A stretch of DNA of 64,000 nt from NCBI GenBank assembly GCA_965277075.1, contig OZ255707.1, forward strand, positions 1,211,338 to 1,275,337, in the 5' to 3' direction. Under the pieces are notes generated by a model. The model did not search any database. It was given only the letters and a program-made list of their open reading frames with translations, and was not told the origin of the DNA. This document shows, in pieces, positions 1 to 8,478 of the stretch. Both the position numbers and the translations under genes were made by a program. This stretch comes from Candidatus Lustribacter sp. Its GTDB lineage: Bacteria; Vulcanimicrobiota; Vulcanimicrobiia; Vulcanimicrobiales; Vulcanimicrobiaceae. The number at the start of each line of letters is the position of its first letter. The stretch's first letter is position 1.

Positions 1-497
1 CCGCGAAACGACGTATGCGGCTTGATCCGGTTGAGCGGAACGATCGCATTCGCGCCCAGCGCAATGGCGTCGACGTGGACCGGGACGCCGTTGGCCAATG
101 TCGTGATGGCGACGGTTTCCATCGTCGCGCGAATCGGCGCCCCGGCCGATGCTTCGGTCACACCCAGATGCGCGAGGACGTCGACCTGGCCTTGCGCGGT
201 TGATGCGCCGTGCGAACCCATCGCCGGCACGATGAACGGGTCGCCGCCGCGTTCCCGCAGTTCGCGAACGACCGCTGCGACAAACGCTCCGATCTGGGCG
301 ATGCCGCGACTGCCGACGCCGAGCGCGATGGGACCACGCGGGATCGTGACGTCGCGCAGCGCGACGGCAACGGCGACATCGACGTCGACGAGGGCCGCCG
401 GCGTCTGCGGCGTGCGCTCGACGAGCGTCAGCGGTGGAACGGTCACGACCGCGAGTTCGCGCTCGAACCGCTCGCGCAGCGGATCGACGACGAGCAT
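1..497 (-). CDS. Partial CDS (C-terminus beyond window edge), LarA-N/DUF2088-like domain protein
   Basis: Absent from the ORF track because it has no stop in the window. The ATG at 497-495 overlaps the TAA of the upstream gene (TAATG). Hand translation: MLVVDPLRERFERELAVVTVPPLTLVERTPQTPAALVDVDVAVAVALRDVTIPRGPIALGVGSRGIAQIGAFVAAVVRELRERGGDPFIVPAMGSHGASTAQGQVDVLAHLGVTEASAGAPIRATMETVAITTLANGVPVHVDAIALGANAIVPLNRIKPHTSFR. The VGSRGI...PFIVPAMGSHG..T..GQ...LGVTE block matches what I remember from lactate-racemase-domain family proteins. The family call is from memory only. Confidence 0.45.
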   Translation of the reverse strand, partial: MLVVDPLRERFERELAVVTVPPLTLVERTPQTPAALVDVDVAVAVALRDVTIPRGPIALGVGSRGIAQIGAFVAAVVRELRERGGDPFIVPAMGSHGASTAQGQVDVLAHLGVTEASAGAPIRATMETVAITTLANGVPVHVDAIALGANAIVPLNRIKPHTSFR

Positions 498-1189
498 TAC
501 GGGATGATCGTTTGCCGGACGGCCGGCGTCCACGTATCGCCGTCCACGCCGTTCGCAACGGCTTGGCATTCACGATATAGCGCGCCGGCTTCACGCATAT
601 CGCGAAACAGCGCCCGATGCGTGCCGGACTGCGGGATATCAACGCTGCCGAACCCGTACATCCGTCCGAGCACGCCTTGCACGAGCGTCGATCCCGCGAG
701 CGCGGTGTTCCCGAGCGGCGCGACACGACGCCGCAACACACCGCGAATGATGAAGATGCGACGGTTCGTCGCGACGGCGCGAACGCCGACATAATACGTT
801 GCGTCGCGCAGGAATGACCACACGCTCGCGATTGCGGCGACAGCGCTCAGCGCCTCGACGTAGGGCCGGAAGGTGAATGGGACCGTGTTCCACGCGACGC
901 CGAACGCAACGACGACGAGCGCCAGCACGACGAGCGGGCGGATCAGCACGATCGGATGCGGTGAACTGCCGAACGTCACGCGTTCGCCCGGAAGCAGCGT
1001 CGATGCGAGATCGCGCGGCACCGGAATGCGCGCGGCCGCTGCGACCGGAATCTGCGGTGCAGCCGGCGCCGCGACGGTCACCCGATGAAATGCGGTCGTC
1101 GCCTCGGTGTCGGGCACCTCGAGTTTCCGGGACGCATCGCGCGGTGAGTCCATGAGCACCGCTTCACGGAAGTGTGCGCGGACCCCCAC
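497..1189 (-). CDS. Membrane protein with bacterial PH (bPH_2/YdbS-like) domain
   Basis: 230-aa ORF with two hydrophobic helices (PLVVLALVVVAFGVAW, ALSAVAAIASVWSFL). These are followed by YYVGVRAVATNRRIFIIRGVLRRRVAPLGNTALAGSTLVQGVLGRMYGFGSVDI, the pattern typical of bPH_2 domains. The start is uncertain (1189, or the MDSPRD Met at 1153). Confidence 0.6.
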   Translation of the reverse strand: MGVRAHFREAVLMDSPRDASRKLEVPDTEATTAFHRVTVAAPAAPQIPVAAAARIPVPRDLASTLLPGERVTFGSSPHPIVLIRPLVVLALVVVAFGVAWNTVPFTFRPYVEALSAVAAIASVWSFLRDATYYVGVRAVATNRRIFIIRGVLRRRVAPLGNTALAGSTLVQGVLGRMYGFGSVDIPQSGTHRALFRDMREAGALYRECQAVANGVDGDTWTPAVRQTIIP

Positions 1190-1240
1190 CTCGCGCGAGC
1201 GAGGAAGCGCTCAGCGACGTTGCGGCAAAGTGGCGTACGT

Positions 1241-1687
1241 ATGGACCGGTTGACGCTCGTCGGTGTCAGTACGAAGTCGCGGTTCCGCCGCCCCGTTCCG
1301 AAAAGCTACAGCTACCGGTACGAAGTGGGCGCGTCGGCGGGTCCGCCCGGTGCGCCGCTCGTGACGACCGGCGCAGCGATCATCGAAACACGCTATCGCG
1401 GCCGCTCGGTGTCATGGAACGTGAGCACGACGATGTTCAGCGAAGCCTATCTCGTCAACGGAACGTATGTTGCGCCCGCACCGGAGAATCCGCTGACGTA
1501 TCCGGAGCGAACGGCAGGCGCGCCCGCGCCGGGGACCCCCGTGAAACCGGCGGCGACGCTGGTCGATGCGCGCGTCCAGCGGACGGCGCCGCGCGCCGAC
1601 CCCGCGGAATCGCCGACGCTTCCGCAGGAACGCATCTTCGCGTTCGGCCGCAAGTTCGCGCCGAACGCACGACGCAACACGCCGTAG
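1241..1687 (+). CDS. Hypothetical protein
   Basis: Internal ATG (MDRLTLVGV...) of track ORF 1172..1687. Third codon positions are mostly G/C, as in the real genes here. No recognisable domain. It ends back-to-back with the stop of nbaC. Confidence 0.3.
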   Translation: MDRLTLVGVSTKSRFRRPVPKSYSYRYEVGASAGPPGAPLVTTGAAIIETRYRGRSVSWNVSTTMFSEAYLVNGTYVAPAPENPLTYPERTAGAPAPGTPVKPAATLVDARVQRTAPRADPAESPTLPQERIFAFGRKFAPNARRNTP

Positions 1688-2218
1688 TCAGCGCGGATCG
1701 GGCATCACAAACGCACATTCCGAACACGTACGAAACGCTTCGCTGTCGAAAAAGCGTGCGTAGGCCTCGGATACCGGATCGAGCGCATAGTCGGCGACGA
1801 CGAACGGCTCCTCGTGCAACAGCGTGTCGCACGACCCGCAGTACCAGCGAAAGCGGTCGATCTCGCCGGCGGTGCGTTTGCGCTCGATGATCAGCGCGAA
1901 CGCATCGGGTGCGAAGCGCGGCGAATGCGGAATGCCGGACGGCGTATAGATGATCGAGCCCTCCGCAATCACCGAGACGTCTTCGGAACCCTCGGCGGTG
2001 CGGTAGTGCAGACGCATTTCACCGCGCAGCATGTACATCACTTCATCCGCCGGATTGACGTGAAACTCGCTGCGATATGGACGGCCGCGCGCGACGAACG
2101 CGAGCGTCTCCGGTTCTTGCCACAACACGTGCACGTAACGGCCCGTGCGCGCGAGCTCGTCGCTGATTGCGGTCAGGTCGGCGATCGGCATGTGAAAACC
2201 CGGCGGCATCCGGATCAC
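1688..2218 (-). CDS. nbaC: 3-hydroxyanthranilate 3,4-dioxygenase
   Basis: 176 aa with a cupin core (EFHVNPADEVMYMLRGEMRLHY...IPHSPRF). The C-terminus has the rubredoxin-like CGSC...CSEC pair typical of bacterial HAO. An ATGA overlap joins it to the upstream Mo subunit. Confidence 0.85.
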   Translation of the reverse strand: MIRMPPGFHMPIADLTAISDELARTGRYVHVLWQEPETLAFVARGRPYRSEFHVNPADEVMYMLRGEMRLHYRTAEGSEDVSVIAEGSIIYTPSGIPHSPRFAPDAFALIIERKRTAGEIDRFRWYCGSCDTLLHEEPFVVADYALDPVSEAYARFFDSEAFRTCSECAFVMPDPR

Positions 2219-4482
2219 GGCGCCGGCGCCGCGTGCTTGCGCTCGAGCGCTTCATAAATCCGTTCCGATGTAAGGGGAAACGCCGTGAGCCGAACCCCGA
2301 CGGCATCGAAGATCGCGTTGGCGATGCCCGGTGCGACGCCGCTATTGCTCAATTCGCCCGCCATCTTTGCGCCGTACGGACCGTGCACGGTCGGCATCGA
2401 CGTTTGCACGAGGATCGTGCGCAGCGGTGGGATATCCATCATCGTCGGAACCTTGTACTCGCCGAGACTCAACGTCGTGACCTTGCCGCTCTCGTCGACC
2501 GGCATCTCTTCCATCGTCGCGCTGCCGACGCCGTAGACGAAGCCGCCGTCGAGCTGACCTTGGTGTCCGACCGGATTGATGATGCGGCCGACGTCGGCCA
2601 CGAGCAACGCGTCCTCGATATGAAACGCGCCGGTTTCCGAGTCGACCGCGACGTCGAACGCGAATGCCGAAAAGCTGAAATCGGCCGGATGCGACGCATC
2701 GTGCGTCGACGCATCGAACTCGCCGGTGACGGTGATGACGCCGTCGCCGGCGGCGACCGCAGCCAGCCGCGCGAACGACGCATCGTCGTCGAACGTTTCG
2801 CCGGTGCGGTGCTTGATCTCCGCGGTCAACGCGCCGGCCGCGACGACGGCGGCTTGCCCGACGATGTGCGTGACGCGGCTGCCGCCCGAGCCGGGATCGT
2901 TCTTCGCTTCGCGCGTCGATCCGCGCCGCACCGCGATGCGCGACGCATCGATCCCGAGCGCGGTGCCCATGATGCGCCGCACGGCCGTGTAGATGCCCGC
3001 CCCGACATCCGGCACGCCGCACACGACGGAGATCGTGCCGTCGGCGGCCAGCGTTGCGTCGATCGCCGTCTTCCCGGCGCCCGTATGCCGGCAAACGAGC
3101 GCGAAGCCGCGCCCCACGCCCGGGGCGGCCGGTGCGCGTGACTCGAGATCGGTTTTGAGCGCGTCCAGAACGGCGACACCCTGCGGATCGTTCAGATGCT
3201 CGTTCGAGACCGCAGGTTCACCCGCGCGCACGACGTTGAGCATGCGCAATTCGAGTGCATCGATACCGAGATCGCGCGCGATGATGTCGACATGCTGTTC
3301 CCAAGCGAAGAACAGCTGCACGTCGGCGGGTGCGCGCACGTGCGCGCCCGCGATCGTGTTCGTGTAGACGCTCTGGATCTCGGCGACCGAATCCGGGATG
3401 TGATACGGAATCGTCGAGTAGCCGAAGCCGGGCAACAACATCGGCCCCGGCTTGCCGGCCGCGTAGGCGCCCCCGTCGTAGATCACCGTCGAATGGTGCG
3501 CGAGAAACTTGCCGTTCTCGTCGACGGCGGTTTTCAGCGTGACGTGCGCCGCATGCCGCGTCGTACTCGACTGCAACTCGTTGAGGTACGTCCACACATA
3601 CTTCACCGGCCGGCCCGTCGCTTTCGCGAGGAAGTAGCAAACGAATTCGTCGATCGTCAGCCCTTTGCCGCCGAAATCGCCGCCGATCGCGCAGGGCTCG
3701 ACCACGATCTTTTCCGGCGGAACATCGATCACGTGCGACATCCAGCGATGGACCGAAAACGGCTGCTTATTCGGGGTGTAGACGTGCACGACGTCCGCGG
3801 CGTCGATCCAGACGAACGTCGCGTGCGGTTCCATGTAGCCGGCATGTTGGCGCGGCGTCGTGAATCGATGTTCGTAGACGTGCGCAGCGCGCGCGAAGAC
3901 GGCTTCCGGATCGCCGCTCCCTTTCACGACGCGATTCGAACCTTGCGTGTTCGGATGCGGACGCGGCGGCGGCTCTTTCCCGGCGAAGAAGTACGAATCG
4001 CGATCCGGATGAATCACCGGCGCGTCGGGCGCGAGCGCGGCGACCGGATCGAGCACCGCCGGCAGCTCTTCGTACTCAACTTCGACGAGACGTGCGGCGA
4101 CTTCAGCCGCTTCCGGCGTCTCGGCGGCGACCGCGGCGACCCGGTCGCCGATGAAGACGACTTTTTCGTACGCGAGCACCGGCCAGTCGTAGAGCATGCG
4201 CCCCGAGCGTCTGCCCGGCGGCAGATCGGCCGACGTGAGAACGGCGTGCACGCCGGGCACGGCCCGCGCCGCCGTCGTATCGACGCTCACGATTCGCGCG
4301 TGCGGGAACGGGCTCACCGCAAACGCAGCCCACAACATATCCGGACGCGAGATGTCGGCCGTATATTGCGTCTTGCCGCTGACTTTTTCGGCGCCTTCGA
4401 TCCGAACTTCATCCGTGGTGAAAAGGCCGGTGACGGCGCCGGGCTGCTCGACCGGAGCCGTCGTTGTCGTGATCGTGGTCAT
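2215..4482 (-). CDS. Xanthine dehydrogenase/aldehyde oxidase family molybdopterin-binding large subunit
   Basis: 755 aa. The N-terminus reads EGAEKVSGKTQYTADI...HARIVSVDT. It also has GGDFGGKG and the usual a/b-hammerhead and MoCo-binding blocks. It lacks the CODH active-site loop. Confidence 0.9.
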   Translation of the reverse strand: MTTITTTTAPVEQPGAVTGLFTTDEVRIEGAEKVSGKTQYTADISRPDMLWAAFAVSPFPHARIVSVDTTAARAVPGVHAVLTSADLPPGRRSGRMLYDWPVLAYEKVVFIGDRVAAVAAETPEAAEVAARLVEVEYEELPAVLDPVAALAPDAPVIHPDRDSYFFAGKEPPPRPHPNTQGSNRVVKGSGDPEAVFARAAHVYEHRFTTPRQHAGYMEPHATFVWIDAADVVHVYTPNKQPFSVHRWMSHVIDVPPEKIVVEPCAIGGDFGGKGLTIDEFVCYFLAKATGRPVKYVWTYLNELQSSTTRHAAHVTLKTAVDENGKFLAHHSTVIYDGGAYAAGKPGPMLLPGFGYSTIPYHIPDSVAEIQSVYTNTIAGAHVRAPADVQLFFAWEQHVDIIARDLGIDALELRMLNVVRAGEPAVSNEHLNDPQGVAVLDALKTDLESRAPAAPGVGRGFALVCRHTGAGKTAIDATLAADGTISVVCGVPDVGAGIYTAVRRIMGTALGIDASRIAVRRGSTREAKNDPGSGGSRVTHIVGQAAVVAAGALTAEIKHRTGETFDDDASFARLAAVAAGDGVITVTGEFDASTHDASHPADFSFSAFAFDVAVDSETGAFHIEDALLVADVGRIINPVGHQGQLDGGFVYGVGSATMEEMPVDESGKVTTLSLGEYKVPTMMDIPPLRTILVQTSMPTVHGPYGAKMAGELSNSGVAPGIANAIFDAVGVRLTAFPLTSERIYEALERKHAAPAP

Positions 4483-4931
4483 ACGGGCGTGGCGAGTGCG
4501 CTCCGGAGATTCGCGGCGACTTCTTGTAAGGTTTGGTCGGCTTTTTTGCGGATCACCGGCTGACCGAAATCGCCGATACGGCCCATCACGTTCGCGTCCG
4601 TATCGACGTCGAGCTTCGTCCCGGTGCCTTGCGGCGTCAGCTTCATCGACAACGTTGCTTTGACCGCGCCGCCGATCCGTTTGTCGGCCGAATCGACGAG
4701 AAGTTGCGCGGTCTTCGCGGCCTCGTCACGCGCAACGATCGAAATCTCACTCGCCAGCGAAAGGCCGATCGGACCGACCTTCACTTTCACGACCGCCTTG
4801 TATTTGTCATCGCCGATCTTCTCGACGCCGTCGCAGCCGGGAATACATTTCGCGACCGACGGAACGTCCATCACGAAGTCCCACACGCGCTGCGGATCAG
4901 CATCGAGGTCGATGCTCTGCTCGAACTTCAC
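4479..4931 (-). CDS. SRPBCC/CoxG-family carbon monoxide dehydrogenase subunit G-like protein
   Basis: VKFEQSIDLDADPQRVWDFVMDVPSVAKCIPGCDGVEKIGDDKYKAVVKVKVGPI... is a typical CoxG sequence. I placed the start at GTG 4931, which forms a GTGA overlap with the FAD-subunit stop. The track ORF extends to 4979. Confidence 0.8.
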   Translation of the reverse strand: MKFEQSIDLDADPQRVWDFVMDVPSVAKCIPGCDGVEKIGDDKYKAVVKVKVGPIGLSLASEISIVARDEAAKTAQLLVDSADKRIGGAVKATLSMKLTPQGTGTKLDVDTDANVMGRIGDFGQPVIRKKADQTLQEVAANLRSALATPV

Positions 4932-5803
4932 GCCGGAACTCCGATGCCGGCGAGTTGTGCGATCGTGCGTTCGGTCCACACGCGCGCCATCTCGCGTTTG
5001 TATTTGGCCGAGCCGCGCACGTCGTCGAGCGGATCGACCTCGTCACGCACGAGCCCGGCGGCTTCTCGAACGACCTCGGGTGTCAACCGCTGGCCGAGCA
5101 GGGCCGATTCGACGGCTTTCGCGCGCAGCGGCGTTACGCCGAGCGCACCCAGACCGATGCGCAGATCGATGCACGTTCCCGCGTCGTCAAGGCCGAGCCG
5201 TACCGCGACCGAGACGGTCGCGTAATCGTCCTCGGTGCGCGGCAAGAATTTCTTGTACGCGAGCTTCGAGCCGGCCGGCATCGGGGGCACCTTGATCGAG
5301 CGCAATAACTCCGTCTCGCCCAGTGACGTCTCGAAATAGTCGGTGAAGAACGACTCCATCGAAATCAGGCGCGCAGCGCTGCCCGCCGACACGACGTCGA
5401 CCGACGCGTCGAGCGCGATCAAGACCGGCGGCGGGTCCTGTGCGGGATCGGCGTGCACGAGATTCCCGCCGAGCGTCGCTTGATTGCGAATGCGAATCGT
5501 CGCGATGACGCCCAGCGCCTTCGGCAGCGCGGCCGCGAAAGCGAAGGCTTCCGGCGACGTTTCAAGCACGCGGTGCGTCGTCATCGCGCCGACGTCGAGG
5601 CCGCCGTCGGGGGTCCGTTTGATGCCGCGCAGCTCCGGCACGTCACCCAGGCCGATGACGACGGAGGGCTGCACGAGCCCCTGCTGCATCATCAGCACGA
5701 GCGACGTGCCGCCTGCGATGAACTCCGCTTCGTCGCCATGTTCCGCGAGAAGCGCAAGCGCCTCGTCGATCGAGTGCGCCTGCGTGTAATCAAACGTTCG
5801 CAC
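4928..5803 (-). CDS. Xanthine dehydrogenase family FAD-binding (CoxM-like) subunit
   Basis: 291 aa: MRTFDYTQAHSIDEALALLAEHGDEAEFIAGGTSLVLMMQQGLVQP..., with a FAD_binding_5/CO_deh_flav_C pattern. Confidence 0.9.
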   Translation of the reverse strand: MRTFDYTQAHSIDEALALLAEHGDEAEFIAGGTSLVLMMQQGLVQPSVVIGLGDVPELRGIKRTPDGGLDVGAMTTHRVLETSPEAFAFAAALPKALGVIATIRIRNQATLGGNLVHADPAQDPPPVLIALDASVDVVSAGSAARLISMESFFTDYFETSLGETELLRSIKVPPMPAGSKLAYKKFLPRTEDDYATVSVAVRLGLDDAGTCIDLRIGLGALGVTPLRAKAVESALLGQRLTPEVVREAAGLVRDEVDPLDDVRGSAKYKREMARVWTERTIAQLAGIGVPA

Positions 5804-6269
5804 GATCGATCCCCGCGGCGTCTTCGATCGAGTCGATGATCTTGTAATAGCCGGTGCAGCGGCACAGGTTGCCCATCATCCATTCCTTGATTTCATCGCG
5901 ATTCGGCTTCGCGTTCGACGCGAGCAGCGCGGTCGCCGCGATGATCTGGCCGGACGTGCAAATACCGCACTGAAAGCCGCCCTTGCGAATGAACGCGTCT
6001 TGCAGCGCCGTCAACTGGTCGCCGTCGGCCAGGCCTTCGATCGTCGTCACCTTCCGGCCGTCGACGAAGATCGCCGGCAGCAAACACGACGACATCAGCG
6101 TCCCGTCGACGAGGATACTGCACGCGCCGCAGACGCCGATGCTGCAGCCGATCTTCGTGCCGGTCGCACCGATATCATCACGGAGAAGATCGACGACGAG
6201 CACTTCCGGACCGACCGACCGTTCGATCGGCGTGCCGTTGAGTTGGAATGAAATTTGATGCACGCTCAC
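5790..6269 (-). CDS. (2Fe-2S)-binding small subunit of the molybdo-hydroxylase (CoxS-like)
   Basis: Only the C-terminal 159 aa of track ORF 5790..6731 look real: VSVHQISFQLNGTPIE...GCSIGVCGACSILVDG...GFQCGICTSG...NLCRCTGY. The start is set at GTG 6269. The Arg/Gly-rich N-terminal extension in the track is a shadow ORF. Confidence 0.85.
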   Translation of the reverse strand: MSVHQISFQLNGTPIERSVGPEVLVVDLLRDDIGATGTKIGCSIGVCGACSILVDGTLMSSCLLPAIFVDGRKVTTIEGLADGDQLTALQDAFIRKGGFQCGICTSGQIIAATALLASNAKPNRDEIKEWMMGNLCRCTGYYKIIDSIEDAAGIDRANV

Positions 6270-6279
6270 GGCACAGCAC

Positions 6280-7365
6280 TTGCCACGGAAATACGAAGCC
6301 ACCCTCTTGGCTTGGTTCCGCGAACGCGATGGAGAACGCAACCAGAACGTGCCTCGTCCCAATCGCCGGCGCCGCAAACGGTCGTCGGCGTTTCCAACGT
6401 TCGTTCTCTTTGCTCTCGGCTTTGGTGCCGTCGTCACGGCCCTCGCGCTCTGGCTTTGGAGCCCCGCTTCGACTGATCGGTCGAAACCGCGCGCCGCACG
6501 AACGACGATCGCCGGCCGCGTGCATCCGCTGCCGGCGGTGACGGCCGCGCCGGAACCCGTGAGCACGCCGCCGCCGTCGTCGTCGTATGCGTCGCCGCGG
6601 GTAGCGATCACGCCCGCAGCGGAAATGCCGCCGGCCGTCGTGCCGTCGCCGATGGAATCCCCACCCGAATCGCCGGTGCCGAGCACATCGCCCATCGGCG
6701 GCGAGGGCCGGCCGCGACTTGCGATCATCATCGACGACTGCGGGCAGTGGCCGGTGACCGAACGCGCCTTTGTCGCGTTGCCGTTTCCCGTTACGCTTTC
6801 CGTGCTGCCGCACGTGCGCTACGGTCCGGCGATCGCACGCGCAGCCGACGCCGCGGGCAAGGGCGTCATGCTGCATCTTCCGATGCAAACGATGTCGGGC
6901 CGGTATCCGGGCCCCGGCACGATTACGACCTCGATGGACGACGCCGCGATCCGCACGGAAGTCGCCGATGATCTCGCCGCGCTGCCGGAAGCGCGCGGCG
7001 TCAACAACCACGAAGGCAGCCGCGCGACGGCCGACCGCCGCGTGATGGACGACGTCGTGGACGTGCTCGTCGCGGACGGCCGCTTCTGGATCGATTCGCG
7101 GACCAGCGCGGCCAGCGTTGCCGCCGACGTCGCACACCTGCGCGGCGTGCCGAGCGCGCGCCGCGACGTCTTTCTCGACAATGTCGACGATGTCGGCGCG
7201 GTTGAGTCGCAACTGCGCGAAGCAGCTGCACGAGCCCGCGCGAGCGGCTCCGCGATCGCGATCGGGCATCCGCGGCCGGCGACGCTGCTGGCGGTACGGA
7301 CCCTTGGACCAGAGTTCGCCGCCGACGGGATCGACCTCACGTTGGCGAGCGACCTCGTCCGCTGA
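6280..7365 (+). CDS. Divergent polysaccharide deacetylase (YibQ/DUF610 family), membrane anchored
   Basis: Contains a TM helix (FPTFVLFALGFGAVVTALALWLW) and a Pro/Ser-rich linker. The catalytic region reads RLAIIIDDCG...VLPH...HLPMQ...GVNNHEGSRAT...FWIDSRTS...RDVFLDN...AIGHPRPATL. The start may be downstream of 6280, because only 10 nt separate it from the divergent gene. Confidence 0.8.
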   Translation: MPRKYEATLLAWFRERDGERNQNVPRPNRRRRKRSSAFPTFVLFALGFGAVVTALALWLWSPASTDRSKPRAARTTIAGRVHPLPAVTAAPEPVSTPPPSSSYASPRVAITPAAEMPPAVVPSPMESPPESPVPSTSPIGGEGRPRLAIIIDDCGQWPVTERAFVALPFPVTLSVLPHVRYGPAIARAADAAGKGVMLHLPMQTMSGRYPGPGTITTSMDDAAIRTEVADDLAALPEARGVNNHEGSRATADRRVMDDVVDVLVADGRFWIDSRTSAASVAADVAHLRGVPSARRDVFLDNVDDVGAVESQLREAAARARASGSAIAIGHPRPATLLAVRTLGPEFAADGIDLTLASDLVR

Positions 7366-7529
7366 GCGGTCGCAGCGCGGGCCGGCGGTATGACGCCGAG
7401 CACGGCATCACGACGGAAGCGCTGATTTTTCTGGGCGAACTCGACCCCGAGGCCATCGGTCCCGCACTCGAGCACGCAACGCATTATGAAGCGACGCCGG
7501 TCGCCGACATCGATCGGCTTCTCGACGCG

Positions 7530-7982
7530 GTGCCGCTCGCGCCGGAGCGCGCCACGTTCGTCGATCTCGGTGCAGGAATGGGACGCGTCGTGTTGCACGC
7601 CGCGCGACGGCCATTCCGCCAAATCGTCGGCGTCGAGGTTTCGCCGGCGCTGCTCGAGGTCGCGAAAGAAAATCGCGCGGCCTATCGGGGCGCGCTCGCG
7701 TGTCGCGACGTGCGGCTCGTGCGTGCCGATGCCGCAACGTTCGCGTTTCCACGCGGGGACGTGGTTGTGTACCTCTACAACCCGTTCACGGCACCGGTGC
7801 TCGACGCGGTGCTGGCGCGGCTTGCGGCCCACCGCGGCGACGTCGTGATCGCCTATCACACGCCGGTCGAAGCGGCGAGGCTCGACGCGCACCTTGCGTT
7901 CATCGCAATTGCCGACGCGGGCGTCGGGCGCATCTGGCGCCGCAAAGATGTCTCGCCTTCGCGGCGTATGGGGGGGACCTAG
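7530..7982 (+). CDS. Class I SAM-dependent methyltransferase (first canonical start; true N-terminus probably upstream)
   Basis: Motif I FVDLGAGMGRVVL and VGVEVSP are present. The same frame stays open and protein-like upstream, back to about 7362 (YDAEHGITTEALIFLGELDPEAIGPALEHATHYEATPVADIDRLLDAV), with no ATG/GTG/TTG. Confidence 0.7.
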   Translation: MPLAPERATFVDLGAGMGRVVLHAARRPFRQIVGVEVSPALLEVAKENRAAYRGALACRDVRLVRADAATFAFPRGDVVVYLYNPFTAPVLDAVLARLAAHRGDVVIAYHTPVEAARLDAHLAFIAIADAGVGRIWRRKDVSPSRRMGGT

Positions 7983-7983
7983 C

Positions 7984-8478
7984 ATGAAGAACACCATCGC
8001 CGCTGCGTTTGCGGCCCTCGCGCTCGGCGCCGTCATCGCGAGCTGCGGCAACAACGGCAACGTCGCGACGGCGACCTCGACGCCGTCTCCGGTAGCGACA
8101 CCCAGTGTCGCGTGTACGCCGCCGCCGAACACGCAGATTCAGGTTGTGTATCCGCAGCCGCAAGCGTCGGGCGTGTCGACGGGGACGATCGTGATCGCGG
8201 TCGGTCCTTCCCCGTTGCCGACAAACTATAAGCTCTACGTGAGCGTCGCGACGCAGGCCGCTCCGACGGTGTCGCTCGGGAACGCGTTCGGCGCGGCGTT
8301 GCAAGTCATTCCGTTCTCATCCGTTCCGCAGCCGTCGCTCAACCCGCCCTTCGCGCTACCGATCTACGAGTCGTCGAACTTTGGCGGCACGTTCGGCGCC
8401 AGCGACATCTTTGAAGTGTTCCTCGCGAACACGAACTGCTTTCCGGGCACCGACCTCAACTCGTCGTTCAAGACATAA
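7984..8478 (+). CDS. Lipoprotein, unknown function
   Basis: The internal ATG at 7984 is preceded by a GGGGGGA run. The signal peptide MKNTIAAAFAALALGAVIASCGNNG carries a lipobox (IASC). The mature part is Ser/Thr/Pro rich. Confidence 0.7.
   Translation: MKNTIAAAFAALALGAVIASCGNNGNVATATSTPSPVATPSVACTPPPNTQIQVVYPQPQASGVSTGTIVIAVGPSPLPTNYKLYVSVATQAAPTVSLGNAFGAALQVIPFSSVPQPSLNPPFALPIYESSNFGGTFGASDIFEVFLANTNCFPGTDLNSSFKT

Noticed and set aside
2215-4482. CoxL-type aerobic CO dehydrogenase, suggested by the adjacent CoxG, CoxM and CoxS-like genes
   Set aside because: The large subunit shows the generic XDH-family pattern (GGDFGGKG, ..YTNTIAGAHVRAP..). It does not have the CODH active-site loop (AYxCSFR), so I call it a generic molybdo-hydroxylase.
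5790-6731. 313-aa version of the 2Fe-2S subunit with a Gly/Asp/Arg-rich N-terminal extension
   Set aside because: The extension overlaps the divergent YibQ gene and has no protein-like features. GTG 6269 gives the standard subunit of about 160 aa.
6178-8132. Long minus-strand ORFs 6178..7269 and 6819..8132 antisense to the YibQ and methyltransferase genes
   Set aside because: They have extreme Arg/Gly/Pro composition and no motifs, and they are fully antisense to genes with clear family signatures. Stop codons are rare in GC-rich antisense frames.
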